Below are positions 50,265 through 64,000 of a stretch of 64,000 bases of DNA, piece by piece. Under the pieces are notes generated by a model. That model was not told where the DNA came from, did no database searches, and worked only from the letters and a program-made list of their open reading frames with translations. Numbering within the stretch: position 1 is the first letter of the stretch; the number at the start of each line of letters is the position of its first letter. The DNA is from Balamuthia mandrillaris (lineage: Eukaryota). The stretch spans positions 1 to 64,000 of the forward strand of contig JAVKOQ020000118.1 in the NCBI GenBank assembly GCA_031835245.2. Direction: 5' to 3'. A program made the translations under genes and the position numbers.

Positions 50265-51286
50265 TTACGTGTTTCTTCTCTTTCTACCTTGAAAGAAAAA
50301 AAAGATCGAAAAGAGAGAGAGAGAGAGAGAAGAGGAGAAAAAAAAACAGTTAAAGAGTTGTTTTGAAGTGAAAAATAAAAGACTGAAGCAATAAAAAAAA
50401 AAAAAACAGGAATGGTCCAGAAGCCAAGAAGAAAGTTTTCCAAGAAGACGTTTATTCACGCGCACACACCTACCCGATGGACAACAACCCGAGCCAAAAC
50501 CACCGAGCAAAAAAAAAAAACTCTTATGAAGAAAGAGGCAAAGAAAAAAAAAAGAAAGAACAAAGAGAGAGGATCGGCTTCTTTGGCTTCGCTTCTCTTC
50601 TCTCTTTTCTATTTTTTCACCGACCAAACAATTTTTTATTTCGGTCACCAAAGTTCAGTTCTGCTGGCGGACAAAATTGGAGCCCTTCAACCGACAAAAT
50701 ATGTCTGCAGGCCATGGGCAGCCCGAACGGCTGTTTTGGTTGGACGTGTTTCCCTCTGATCACGGTAGTTTTCTTTGCGCTGCGCAAAACGTCTGGATAC
50801 GAAATCTGCGAAACTTATTATGCGATAATAATTCTGAGGCAGAAAAAATTTAAGGTGGCCATTCGCGTCGACAAAAATAAAAATATCCTCACACTCATCG
50901 ATTATTGTCAACAGTTTTCGATACCAGTTTGAATTTTCGATAATTCAGCCATATACGACCCTGTAATGATGTGTTGCTGTTCTTCCTGGCCATCTCTGAA
51001 TATTTTCATCAAGAAAAAACAAGAACACTTCAGTTCTTTTACGCCTCCTTTCGCTCAAAGTCCTTTGAGTGTACTGTAGAAAACAACGCAGAAGATAAAC
51101 TCTTATTGGTAACTTTTTTTGTCACTGTAACGCTTCTCTCGCTCTCTCTCTCTCTCTCGTTCTCTCTCTCTCTCTCTCTCTCTGTTTTAAAAAGCGTTTC
51201 GCTTCATCTTCATTTCTCACCAAGCTTTCTCTCTGCTTCCGACCACGCAAAGTTGACACCACATTTTCTAAAAAAAAAACAATAGA

Positions 51287-52126
51287 ATGGAAGTCATAGC
51301 TCAGAAGAAAACCAAAAAGAAGAAGAAGGAGGAAGAGAAGAAGAACAAGAAGAAGAAGAACGACGACAAGAAGCACAAGAAAAAAGAGGACAAGAAGGCG
51401 GCCAAAGAAAAGCAAAAGGAGAAAGCAGAGCAAACCAAAAAGAAAGAGAAGAAGACCAAGAAAAACAAGGAAGCCACCACCACCGCCGACAAGAAGAACA
51501 AGAACAAGCAGCGCGTTCGTCCCGGCGAGGAGACCCTCGCCCAAACCCACAAGGCCACCAAGGACCTCCCCGCCGCCGAGATCCCCGCCTCCGACATCCA
51601 GCTCCTCAAACGGCTGGGCAAGGGCTGCTTCGGCGAGGTCTGGCGCGGGGAATGCCACGCCGCGCAGGTGGCCGTCAAGGTGCCGCTCATCCAGAAGCTC
51701 AACGAGGCCCAGCTGGAGGCGCTGCGCAGCGAGATCACCATCATGGCGGGCAATCCGCACACCAACATCGTGCTGCTGATGGGGGCCTGCACGACCACCC
51801 CTGGCAAGTTCCAGATCGTGACGGAGCTGATGGACGGCGACGTGGAGAAGCTGCTCCACTCCCCGCAGGGCAAGAACATGAGCCTCTTCGAGCGGCTGGT
51901 CATGGCCAAGGACGCGGCCTTGGGCATGACGTGGTTGCATTGCACGGAGCCGGCGGTCATCCATCGGGACTTGAAGACGGCAAACTTGTTGGTTTGTATT
52001 TCTTTTCTTTTCAGTGTTTTTGCTCTTTTGTTGTTTCTTTTTGTGCTTCTCTTTCTCCTTCTTTCTTCTTTCTTCTTTCTCTTTCTCTTTCTTTTCTCTT
52101 TCTCTCTCTCTCTTTCTCTTTCTCTT

Positions 52127-52159
<33 letters not shown>

Positions 52160-54306
52160 TTCTCTTCCTCTTCCTCTTTCCTTCTTCTATTGACTCATTC
52201 TCTTGCTCTTTCCGTCTCCTATGCCCCTCATTCTCATTCTCTCTGTCTCTCTTTGCTTCATAACACAACGACAACAACAACGACAACAGTATAAACGAAC
52301 AGGCAACAGCTATGTCATCAAAGTATGCGACTTCGGGCTGAGCGCCATCAAACCGGACCGCGTCAAGAACATGAGGAACGAAGAGGGAGATGCTCCCGGA
52401 ACTCCTCTTTACATGGCGCCGGAGGTCATGGAAGGACGAGAGTACAACGAGAAAGCCGATGTCTATTCCTTTGGCATCATTCTTTGGGAGATCTACACTT
52501 GCAAAGAGCCGTTCCCTCATCATGAGTTTCGTTTCTCTTCTCTCTTCCCTCTGTTCTCTCGTCATCTCGCTGCTTGTTTACGTTTATCTCTTTTCTTTCT
52601 TTCTTTCTTTCTCTTGTTGTTTCGCTTCTCCTCTTTAACACTGAGAATACGACTAAATTCTTGTTCTCCTCCTCCTCCTCCTCCTCCTTCTCCTTCTCCT
52701 TCTCCTTCTCCTTCTCCTTCTCCTTCTCCTTCTCCTTCTCCTTCTCCTTCTCCTTCCTCCTTCTCCCCTTCTCCTCTCCTTCTCCTTCTCCTTCTCCTTC
52801 TCCTTCTCCTTTCTCCTTCTCCTTCTCCTTCTCCTTCTCCTTCTCCTTCTCCTTCTCCTCATTCCTTCGTTCAGCGACTACGACGTGTTCCAACACGCGG
52901 TTTGCGTTAAGGGCGAGCGACCCAAGATCGACAGAGCCTGCATGCCCTCTCTTCGCCGACTGATGGAGGACTGCTGGCACGCCGACCAAACGAAACGACC
53001 GGACTTTCTGGAGATCAACTCCCGCCTGGACGCCATCTTGGTGGAGGCGGCCATCGACGACCCCGAAGGGCGCATCTTCTGGTGCAAGTACTTCCTGAAG
53101 AACCATTCGGTGAGTTGGGACAAGTTCAGCCAACGCTTCTATAAGTTTTTGGGGCTGGAGAGGCCAGAGTACAAGGACGTCACTGCGGTGAGCTCTTATC
53201 TCGATCGCAACAACCTGCAAGCCGCTGCTGCGAAGGAGAGAGCAGAGCAGAATGGAGAGGAGGCGGAGGAGCAAGCGAGCCTCGACGAGGTTACCCTTAG
53301 GTGCCTCCGAGCCATTGTGGGTTCGTATTTTGTCCCTTCTTCCATTTTGTTATTATTTCTTTGTTCTTTGGTTCTCTTTTAACCTCGTTGAGCCTTTCCT
53401 ACTGAGCTGCATTCTTTCTTTATTGCATACTTTGTTGCTGACTTTCTTTATTTGTTTGTTCTCCTCTATAGCACAACCAGAACCAGGAGAATCGCAGAGA
53501 ACCGAAGTGGACATTCAGTGGTTCGGTATGGTGTTGCAGTGGTTCGGCCCTTTGCACAGACAAGTTCCCGAAGGTGAACTTGGCTTCCTGGACAACCTGC
53601 GAGAAATGCTCTCCCGACCGTACTATCTCCCCTCCTCTCTTCTACTTTCCTAACATCTGCCTTCCTTTCCTTCCCTCTCTCTCTCTCTCTCTCTCTCTTT
53701 CTTGTTCTATGTTCTTCCTCTTCTTGTTCTTGTTCTTGTTCTTGTTCTTGTTCTTGTTCTTGTTCTTGTTCTTGTTCTTGTTCTTGTTCTTGTTCTTGTT
53801 CTTGTTCTTGTTCTTGTTCTTCTTCTTGTTCCTTGTTCTTGTTCTTGTTCTTCTTCTTGTTCTTGTTCTTGTTCTTCTTCTTGTTCTTCTTCTTGTTCTT
53901 GTTCTTCTTCTTGTTCTTGTTCTTGTTCGTCCTCTTCTTCTTTTATCTAAACTTTTCTTTTTCTGTTTCTTTCTTATGAAGTTGGTTCCACGGAGACGTT
54001 GAGATGGAGGATGCTCAGCTGCGCCTGAACGGAGCTCCACCGGGCACCTTCCTCGTCCGTTTCAGCCGTCAGAAGGGCGCCTACGCCATCACCCGCGTCT
54101 CCGAGGGAGGCAGCATCGGCAACATTCGCATCGCGAGGACGAGCCAAGGGCTGAGCGTCTCCGATGATAAGCACTACGCAACCTTGGATGAGCTGATAGC
54201 CGACCTGGGCGATAAGTTGCACTTGATAACGGCCTGCGGGGGGTCCCGCTTCTTGCCCTTGTTTGAGGACGCTGTGGCTTCTTCTGGCTATGAGTTTATG
54301 GGGTGA
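51287..54306 (+). CDS. TKL protein kinase with C-terminal SH2 domain (SHK-like), paralog of 47955-50264
   Basis: Motifs are LGKGCFGEVW, HRDLKTANLL, GTPLYMAPE and WFHGD..GTFLVRFS. The N-terminus is lysine-rich. Confidence 0.92.
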
Positions 54307-54437
54307 AGTGAATGTAATGCAAAAAAAAATCGAATGCTATAACTAACGAATCTCACGTCCATTCCAGCATAAAATAGCAGTAAAATTTTATCTACTCTCT
54401 TATCCATAAAGAAACCAAAAGAAAAGAAAAGAAAGAG

Positions 54438-54888
54438 ATGGAGAGAGAGAAGAGGCGGCCGACCAGTTGGAGCGAACTGTTGGCCGCTTCGTCTGCTTCT
54501 GCTGTGGCCACTGCCACCACCACCACTGCTTCTTCGGTTGTGACAGAGGAAGAAGAGAGCGGGGGCAGTTTGTTGGAACGGCTGTTAGATCCGACTGTCC
54601 TGCAAGAAATCTTTGCTCATCCTTCTGTTTCTTCTTCTTCGTCTTCTTCTTCATCATCATCTTCTTCTACAAAAGGTTCATCTTTGTTTGATGCTTCTTC
54701 ATAGATTTCTTTCTGTCTCACACAAAATCATTTCCTTCTGATAGTAGAGGCTTCTCTGGCGGAGAGCTTGCATCCGATGTACATAGAGGACCTTCCCGCG
54801 TTACTCACGTCGCAACGGCCACCCCCTTTCGTCACCTCTCTCCCTGCTTTTGACATCTGGGACTGTTTTCAGCCACAGTGCGTCTTCT

Positions 54889-54928
<40 letters not shown>

Positions 54929-55164
54929 TCTTTTTGCCTCCTCCTTTTATTCTATTCTTCTTTCTTCTCGTCTTCTCTTCTCCCTTTCCTCTTTTCTTCT
55001 TCTCTTTCACTTTTCCTCATTCGTTCTTTCTTCTTTGTGGCTCTTGTCGCAACGTTATGACTCACTTCTCCCATCTCTAACTTTGCTGAAAACAGTTTCT
55101 TTGTTCCGCCATCTCATGGAACTGCACTCATTGTCGGCAGCGCCTCTTACAGTACCAACAAAAA

Positions 55165-55196
<32 letters not shown>

Positions 55197-55904
55197 TCCT
55201 CTTTCCTTTCTTTCTTGTTGTTGTTGTTTCTAGCTTCTCACCTAAGTACTTGTTCTTCTTCTAAAGAGGAGACAGTAACAGGAATAGCACGTTGGATGCG
55301 AACTCTTTGCGAACAAACGTTGAACACCGCTTCCTCTATTGCTTCACGACTCATGGGAACAGCAACATTGGGAGAGGAGTTACGGCTAAAGGCAACAACG
55401 TTCGAGCGGGAGCATTGGCGTTCCGCTTTTCGCTTGACCTCCTCTTCATCACCATCGAAAGCAAAAGAAGGGCTTGAAGAAGAAGAATGCTCATTGCATC
55501 CTTTTCTCCATGACAGCAATGGAAGAAGAGCAGTCGTTCTATTGGTTGAGAAGTGCGGTTCTGCTTCTTTGTGCGACTTTGTATTGATGGAATTGTTGCC
55601 CTTTTTGTTGAACATCATTACAAAAGAAGACAGCGAAGAGAAAGAGATGAAGCTTCATAAAAACGATGACGAAGAGGAAGAAGAGGAAGAAGAGTTTCCA
55701 GATTGGTTGAGCGGACTGTTGGAAGCAGCCGCCACAAACAAAGCAACCATCTTTCAGATGCCGATGGCAGAGTTTACGCGTTGGATGAACAGCACAATAG
55801 TTTGTTCTGCTTCTTCGTCTTCTTCTGTCATAAGAACCAGAGTTCAACTAGAACTGGCTCGTAAGTACTTTACAGCAAAATCAGAACAACAAGACAGAAA
55901 GTAA
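54438..55904 (+). CDS. Hypothetical protein (spliced)
   Basis: Coding-like segments are separated by CT-rich introns, and the long terminal exon ends at 55904. Confidence 0.45.
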
Positions 55905-55964
55905 ATACCTCTCCTCGTTTTCTCCTTTTAGCTTTCGTTTGGTTCGTTCTTTCTTTCTCTATTC

Positions 55965-57922
55965 TCAATGCTGAAGATGTTGTAGAGAGTAATAGGAATC
56001 GAGGAAGAAAGAACCAACAAACAAAGCGAACAGGAAGCGAGTGCGATAGTTGAGCAACGTGAGATTACGGCCTAACGTCGTGATGCTGATCTTCAATACG
56101 CGATGCACGCCCAAGCGAAGCGCAATGTCTCCCAAGATCTCAAAGCCCAGCAAGTAAAGATAGCGATACATCAGACCCCTGTACTGATCCTCCTCCAACA
56201 AGCCGATAGAGGGATAGAGATCCTTGTTGTGGCTCCAACGCACCAACAGGGAGAAGAAGATGGAGCCCACGAGGGAGACGTACTCTGCCACTTCCTCGTA
56301 ATAATACTCCAAAGCGAGACTCCGAAGATGCTCCTCGTATGTTACTTCTGGGGGAGGTGTAGTTGTTGCTTTGTTGCTCTCTTCCTGTTGCTCTGCTTCC
56401 TGGTGTTGACGATGACGACAACAGCAACGAAGCAGCGAGAGCTTAAGAGCTTGGAGGCGCGGAGGAAGCCACATGTACTTGAAGTAATACCACCACCCCA
56501 ACATTTGCATTGGATACAGTATCAACTCCCACAAATAGACTGCCACTGATATGGCCACGGCTACTCCCCATCCCTTTTTTTTTTCCTCGTTTCAGACAAG
56601 CCAAGCCAAGAAGAAGAGAAGGAAGAAGAAAGAAGAGAGAAGGAAGACAGAAGAAGAGAAAGAAAGAAGGACGTACAGAGATACGAAGGAACAGGTTACG
56701 ATAGTAAAGATAAAAGGTGAATGGAACGGCAAACATGGTAAAGTACTTCACTTCTTGCACGTGAGGTAACTTCTTGTTCAACGCCAACATTATTTGAAAG
56801 ATGACCACCCTCACAAACTTTTGTTTTTGATGAACAGTCAGAAAACGACGAGCAAGAGGAAAAAAAGAACATCGCAGAAAGAAAGAAACCTGGTAAAGAA
56901 TGAGAGCACCAATGCTTGCTCCCACCGAGTCGAAGAGCTCGTAAGTCACGAACATTTCTTGTTCAAAGAGAATGAACAGAGGTAAGACATCGAACAAGAG
57001 AGAAAGGGCGGACGAGAATGAAAGAAAGAACAACTGGTACCAGTAAACAGTTGCAACCAGAACCAAATGAGCCCAAACATTAACTTGAAGACCAAACCTA
57101 TCAGGAAAAGGTAACAAGTTAGAAAGCAGAAGCAGAGAAGCAGAGGAAGTGCGAGAGAATGAGAATGCAAGGAGAAGACAGAGGAAGGGCACAAACCCCA
57201 GAACAGCATCGACCAGTTGACCGAATTGCGGAGAGCAGCCACCGAAGAGGTTTCCAGCCGCTTCTTGTCCACATAGGTAAGAAAGCAAAACAGATTGTAA
57301 AAGTAGCGAGAGCAATGCGTGTCCATCCTTCCCTGCCGACGGCGACTCCTGACCTTCTCCCTCTTTCTGTGTTGCTCCTCCACCTTGTTGGCCCCGATGC
57401 GAATGCGGCGTTGGGTGTTGACTTCTTCCTTGCCTCTTCTGTTTTCTCGCCATAACGTCTTTGTCGGGTGCGCGTCTTCATTCTCTCCTTCTGCTCCTTC
57501 TTTGGCCTTTCCTTTGCCCTCTGCTTCAGGTGGATGAGGATGAGAAGGAGGAAGGGAAGGAGGTCGATAGCGGGAGTAGTCTTCTACTGGAGAGCGGAGG
57601 GCTTGCTCCAAGTCGGATTCGTAGCTTCGAACAAAGGCCTCTTCAGGTCCTTGTATCGTCATCTCCAATTCTTCTCCAAAGTTATCATCATCGTCGTCAA
57701 GTGAGGGCTATCGTTTATAGTTAGAAAGAGTATGAGAGGGAGAGGACGGAGAGAGAGAAGTACCTTTGTGTTCGTTTTTGTGTGTCTTTGGATTTGTCTC
57801 ATTGGTCGCCACTTCTTTTGCTTCTTTGGCGAGTTACCTCCAACGCAAAACTCTTGTTCCTGTTTCAAAGCCTTTGTTTGTTGTTCATGTAACAAACAAG
57901 AAAGTAAGAAGAGACCAGAGCG

Positions 57923-57967
<45 letters not shown>

Positions 57968-59076
57968 GCAGAGAGAGAATAAAATTACCGGATAAGCCAT
58001 AATGGAACCATGCCGTGGTCTTCCATAATCCTCATCATCCTCGTCATCCTCTCCTCTATCCACCTCCTCTCCTTCCTCCCGTCCATCCTCACCACCGTCG
58101 CCACCATCCAAATAAGACATATACACTCCCTCCTCTTCAATTTCGTCTTCTCCTACTGATGACGTTAATAGCGGTTCGCTCAACAAACCTTCTTCTCCTC
58201 TTTCACTTCTCTTCTTCTTTTTCTCTTTCTTTCCATCTTCTCTTTCTCTTTCTGCTTTCCTCCTCCTTCTTGTTGCATTATCATCATCGTGCGACGATCC
58301 CGCAGTCGCCGTCGTCGCTGTTGGAACCGCCTTCTCTTCCGTCCAAGCCGAATGCGGGAGATCAACAGGTGAAGGAAGAAACAGGCAAACACGCAGCAGA
58401 CATCAAAGAAAGCCAACGTCAAGAAGGCAAACTTCTCCTCCAACACCTCCATTCGGTGCAGGAGAAAGAGGTAGCCGCCCATCAGCAGCACGTAGAGGGT
58501 GCTGAAGAGGGTGATCAGCCAGGGAGAGCAGCCGGGGAGCAGCATGTCGAAGAAGGCCAACCAGCAGAGGAAGGAGTAGAAGTAATATAGGCTGACCACT
58601 ATAAGGAAGCCTATATGGCTGTCGACTTGGTCGTCGTCGTCCTGGTCATTTTTGTCATCTTCATTCGCTTTAGAAAAAGCAGAAGAAAAAGAAAAAGAAG
58701 AAGAGAAGGAAGAAGAGGAAGAGGAAGTAGACGAGGAGGAAGAAGAAGAGGAAGAAGAAGAGGAAGAAGAAGGGACTTGAACGGGTATTAAAAGCCATAA
58801 ACAGACGAGGAGAAAGGGGATTCCGAGGAATTGGAGGTAGATGAGGAAGGAGCGAGCGGAGATGGGGTTCTTTCGCCCTTCGTGCCACCGTTTCCTAGTG
58901 TACAAAGCATACTTGGCTTCATTCTGTTGCAACGAGGCAGCCGCGGAGGTAGAAGCAGAAGCAGAAGAACTCGAAGGGACAGAGCCGGCGCCAGAGTTAT
59001 TATTATTGTCCGGAGCGGAAACCGTCCATGGTGGCTGGTGCTGTTCCTCGGAGGGTCCTCCTTCGCTCGCTTTCAT
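55965..59076 (-). CDS. Hypothetical multi-pass membrane protein (multi-exon)
   Basis: ORFs 58180-59076, 56946-57668 and 55965-56558 have many hydrophobic helices and an acidic loop. Confidence 0.65.
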
Positions 59077-59142
59077 CCTTCCGTTACGCTTGTCTAAAGC
59101 GTGCTTTTTCTTCCTTTAGAGCAAATGTGGAGAATTCCGGCA

Positions 59143-59339
59143 GACAAGAGAGCGGATAGGAGATTTGTCGACATTTAACCAAAATTCGTCGACTCTTGAT
59201 GGACATGAGCTCGGATAGGAGATTTGTCGACATTTTATCAAAATTCGTCGACTCTTGATAGACATGGGAGCGGACAGGAGATTTGTCGACATTTATCAAA
59301 ATTCGTCGACTCTTGATAGACATGAGAGCGGATAGGAGA
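59143..59339. repeat. ~59-bp tandem repeat (3.3 copies), two GTCGAC palindromes per unit
   Basis: gacaWgagagcggataggagatttgtcgacattt.a.caaaattcgtcgactcttgat occurs at ~59143, 59202 and 59261, with a partial copy at 59319. Confidence 0.92.
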
Positions 59340-59847
59340 GAAGTCGCATGGAGAGGAGTGAGGACACGAGAGACTCAGTTGGACACGAGAGAGGACAGGA
59401 GACATTCCAAAAAAAAGAAATGAAAAAAAGAAAAAAGAAAAAAGAAAAAAGAAACGAAAAGAATTTGATGGATGAGATGAACACAAAGGTTGACTCCACT
59501 CCACTTTTTGAGAAGCGCTTCTTTTTTTTAAACAAAAGGTAAGAATGCCAAGGGAGGAGAGGCACGATGAGAAGCCAGCACGAAAGGGTGAGTGATACTA
59601 GTGAAATAATGATTATTGAGGGAAAATGCAGCGAAACAGCCTCTTAGATTTCATTCTGCAGCGTCGTTTTCTGCCCGTTTCTTTTCTATGCGTTTCTTCT
59701 CTTCTCCTCCCCCTTCTCTTCTCTTCTCCGTCTTTTCGGCACAAAGTAGAAGAAAGACCAAAAGAAGGTGGGAGGAAGGGAGAGAAGCAGTTGTGAAAGT
59801 GGTGGTGTGCTTTGGGGGAGAAGAGAAGCAGGGAAGAGAGAGAGAGG

Positions 59848-61450
59848 ATGGATCAAGACTTTTTGATGTGGGATGCCGAGTGGGAGAGAGCGTTCCCTGG
59901 CTTGTATGGCTCCGTCACGCTCAGCGATGCGCACGACATCCCGTGGAAGGAGATCTACTCCATTGAGGCTGTCTCTGGAGAAGACGCAGATACCTATGGA
60001 GAGGTGCCATTCCTTTCCTACCTTCATTCTAAGCTTGTTCTGCTTGTGCATGTTCTTCGTTCATCGTTCATCGTTCATCTTCTTCTTCCTCCTCTTCTTG
60101 CTATTGTTCTTGTTCTTGTTCTTGTTCCCGTGCTTGTTCTTCTTGTTCTTCTTCTTCTTCTTCTTCTTCTTCTTCTTCTTCTTCTTCTTCTTCTTCTTTC
60201 TGTTCTTCTTGTTCTTCTTTCTTCTTCCTCTTCATCTTCTTCTTCTTCTTCTTGTTCTTCTTCTTCTTCTTCTTCTTCTTCTTCTTGTTCTTGTTCTTCT
60301 TCTTCTTCTTCTTCTTCTTCTGCTTATTTTCTTTCTTATCCTTTTTGTCTATTAGATATCAGTCGAAAGTGTGGAAACATTGATAGAAAAGACTGGAATG
60401 AACGAGCAGGACGTGTTCTACGACCTGGGATGCGGACTTGGGAGAGTGGTCATCCATGTTGCTCTCTCCACAGACGTGAAAGCAGCCAAGGGATTGGAAC
60501 TCAGCAAGAGAAGGATCACATTCGCCAAGGAGGCCAAGAAGAAGTTGATGAAGAGAGTAGATAAAGACCCGGAGTACATTGAGCGTTGTCGAGAGATGCT
60601 TCGTGGCGGCTATATAGGACAGAGTGTCTTTGTGAAGAGCAACAGCGACAAGAAAGAAGAGAAAGAACCACAAGAGAAAGAGGAATCTGCCAACGCTTTT
60701 TTTGGAAAGAGCTCCTCTTCCTCTTCCTCGTCCTCCTCCTCTGGAAAGTTGTCCTCTTCTTCGAAGAAGATAACCACAAAGAAGCAGAAAAAGAAGATGG
60801 CAAACGCCGGAAAGAAAGCGGCCAAAAGTGTGGTAGAGAAGATATCCTTTGAGAGGAAAGACGTGACGAAAGGGAGTTGGAAGAAGGACGCCACCATCAT
60901 ATATATGTGCAGCACTTGCTTCTCTGCATCCGCCGTTCAGACGCTCTGCGTCAGCCTTTTGGAAGCGAAGAATCTGCGTTGGGTCGCAGCTTTGGACAGC
61001 CAGGATGATACGCCTCTTCTTGCTCCCTTCAACAAATGGTTCGAGCTGGTAGACACCTTTCCTATCAGGTAGCTTTTTTTTTCTTGTCCTCTTTTCCTTT
61101 GTTTCTTAGTTTCTTTCTATTCTCTTCTTCCTTTCGTCGTTATCTGTAACTAAACACAGTCTCCCTTATTTTGAAACAACACATAAACAAACAGGACTTC
61201 GTGGAGCCCAGAAGAGATAATGTATCTGTATCGTCCTCGAAGGCAAGAAACCTATATCGATAACATAATGACGGGCAGCGGTTACAACAACCATTGCTTC
61301 AGCCAAGAGTCCTTCTTCGGCGTGTCGGACAACAGCCCACGCAAAGACAAGATGATAAAGCACCACATGAACGCTTCCTGCCCTCTTCTCCTTCAGGAGC
61401 GACCTCAACCTCATCAACCCTACGACCCATCCGACGAACTACCAAAATGA
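59848..61450 (+). CDS. DOT1-like SAM-dependent (histone H3K79) methyltransferase
   Basis: Motifs are TYGE, DVFYDLGCGLGRVVIHVAL, AKGLELS, ATIIYMCSTCF and TSWS, spread over three exons. Confidence 0.8.
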
Positions 61451-61564
61451 AGGCAGCAAAGGGAAGAGAAGAAAGGAAGAGAAGCAAGAAAGAACAGAAC
61501 AACAGACAAAGCGGAAATTTTGTTTTTACATGTAAAGAGTTGGAAAGAAGGATATTCTCTTTTC

Positions 61565-62145
61565 TCAATCGTTCTTTGCCAAAAGGCCTCGCCGCATTTC
61601 TTCCAGCTCAACGGCGATGCCTCTTCCCTTGTTTCGCACCCACTTTCTCTTGTTGTTTTGGGTATGTGTTGGTCGTTGTGTTTTGCCGCCGAAAGAGAAG
61701 TACTGCGGTTGTTCGTCGTCATCAAAGCCATCGTCGTCCTCCATTAAATAGGGGTTGTGATAGTTTGTCCGTTTTGTTTGTTGCTGTTGCTGTTGTTCAG
61801 CGGAGTGGAAAGGTGGGGATGCATTTGCCGTGGGATACTTTTGTATGAATATGGAGTAATCTGATTGCTCTGTTTTGTCAAAAGAGAAACCATTCAAAAA
61901 ATGAGAAGCAAGAAGCAAAAGAACAAAAAGCAAGAAGAAACGTTACCAGCGATAGAGTAAGAAGTGATTTCAGGTTTTCTGTATAGTTTCAATAACAGAG
62001 AGGAGAGCACGACGGATACAGAAGAGAGAGCCATGGCCAAGCCAGCTACCATAGGCGGAATCATGATTCCAAAAGGAACGCCAATGCCTGCTGCCAATGG
62101 GATACCTTTTCAAATAGTTTATTCAGTCATTCTCTGAAGAATACC

Positions 62146-62176
<31 letters not shown>

Positions 62177-64000
62177 AAGACAACGTACCAACAATATTAT
62201 AGATCATGGCCCACACGAAGTTGATCCTAATCCGTTTGAATGTCTTCCTGGAAAGGTCAATCGCTGTAATGACGTCCCTTAAGTCGCTCTTCACCAGCAC
62301 CACAGCGGCGGCCTCTATAGCAACATCTGTTCCAGCACCGATGGCAATGCCAACGTCTGCCTGCGCCAACGCGGGAGAGTCGTTGATGCCATCACCAACC
62401 ATCGCTACTACGTGCCCTTGCGACTGCAAGTGCTGCACTATTGTAACCTTATCCGCGGGAAGCACCTCAGCAAAGACGTTGGAAGCAGGGATGCTGCATT
62501 GCTTAGCGATGAAGAGAGCGGTTCGCTCGTTGTCGCCAGTGACCATGTAGCTCTCGATGTGTTGCATGCGGAGGCTGCGAAGGTACTCGACAGTACAAGC
62601 AGCTTCCCATTTGACGGTGTCAGCGATTGCTACAAGACCAAAAACATTGTCGTAAACGAGGTCCGCGTTGATCTTCTTCATCACTTCGGAGGAAGAAGAG
62701 GAAGAAGGAGATTGGAAAGCGCAAAGAATGACGGTTTTTCCTTCTGCTTCTAGCTGTTCCATTTGGCTGATTACTTCTGTTGTGATGTTCACTCCATTCT
62801 CTTCCATCCATCTCCGATTTCCTACCAACACACGAACTACGCTCTTGTTGGTGTTATTGTTGTTGTCTTGTTGAGATGTGGTCGTTCTCGCTGAGGAGGA
62901 GGAAGTCGGTCTTGTTGGTTTGTCGCAGAACTTGCCCATATCAATCACGATTTCGCCGCTAATTCCTCGTCCGCCCACATTCACAAAGTTTTTGACAAAG
63001 TTTTCTAGCTGAAGTTGGCTCGAACCAGCTCCTTCTTGGTTCTTATCAGTATTGTTGTCTCGAATCAGAAACTTGACTGTACTAATGTCAAAGTCTGCAC
63101 GTGAAAATGTATATGCGGATGAATGTTCCGCTTCTCGTCCTTCTTCTTCTCTTCCTCGTTCAACATTATCGTTTTGTTTTGCGGCGCTCTCTATATTGTA
63201 ATGGACTATGGCTTGGGCTAACGGATGCTCGCTCGAAGATTCCAAAACAGCTAACAGCTGCATAAAGTTGGAGGAAGATACTTTGGAAGTGAACAACTTG
63301 ATGTTGCTTACTTTTGGTTTGCCTAAATAAACAAAAGTACGAGTAGGTTTTCAGCAACAACAAAGGAAAGAAGTAAAGAAAGAAAAAGAGAGGAAAGGAT
63401 CAGTACCGTAGGTGAGAGTTCCAGTTTTATCGAATAGAACAGCGCTTATCTTATGAGCTGTTTCCAGATGAGCGCCACCTTTTATCAACACTCCTATTTG
63501 TTTGTTTTGTTTTTTTTTAAAGAAAAGTGAGAAATGAGAAATGAAAACAAAAGCGACGAACAGAATAAAACTGACCATTTTGAGCACCAGCACCAGTTCC
63601 AACCATTACTGCAGTAGGAGTTGCCAAACCGAGAGCACAGGGACATGCGATCACGATGACAGAAATACAAAACATGAGAGCAACGAGGAAGGAGTTGCTG
63701 CCTTCCATAATGGTGTGAGGGTCCACCGTTCCCGACCATCCCAAAATCAACCAAAGCAAGAAAGTAAACACGGCAAGCGCTACTACCACTGGTACAAAGT
63801 AGGCTGATACCTTATCTGCAAACGCCTGAAGTGTTGTTTGGTTCAAAAGATGTTAGAAATGAACTACCTCTGTGTGCAAACAAAGAGCAAAAAGAAAATA
63901 AAAAGAATGTACCTGAATGGGAGCTTTTTGTGTTTGGGCTTCTTCCACCAAACGAATGATTTGGGCTAAACCGGTTTCTTTCCCCACACGTTCAGCACGC
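61565..64000 (-). CDS. P1B-type copper-transporting ATPase (5' part outside the window)
   Basis: Motifs are [50 protein letters not shown] and MALSS. Confidence 0.95.

Noticed and set aside
60842..60850. ATATCCTTT as a U12 donor in the DOT1-like gene
   Set aside because: It lies within continuous coding sequence (EKISFERKD).

Overview
This is the left end of an intron-rich, microsatellite-rich eukaryotic chromosome. It begins with CCCTAA telomere repeats, and the gene set (SH2-kinases, AT-AC introns, FG-GAP receptor kinase) suggests an amoebozoan; that is an inference. The distal ~16.3 kb is accessory DNA. It holds a degenerate tandem array, a spliced TET/JBP-like 2OG-Fe(II) dioxygenase gene convergent with a spliced tyrosine-recombinase gene, and a ~20-unit ~100-bp array whose variation is mostly CpG decay. 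After these come a duplicated triple-hairpin motif and a dead copia-type gag with its PBS and LTR edge. The TET-like plus tyrosine-recombinase cassette is the best candidate for an undescribed system: a mobile element that may counter host 5mC silencing. From 16.7 kb the genes are ordinary host genes: a four-domain voltage-gated cation channel (two U12 AT-AC introns, unusual E-T-E-E filter), a ycf45-like ATPase, an F-box protein, a tandem RhoGAP, an NRF-6-like acyltransferase, MTHFS, a SAPS-family protein, three tRNA-Lys(UUU), an FG-GAP receptor tyrosine kinase, two divergent SH2-kinases, a DOT1-like methyltransferase and a P1B Cu-ATPase cut by the window edge. Multi-exon coordinates are hand-derived gene spans. 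No database searches were run.
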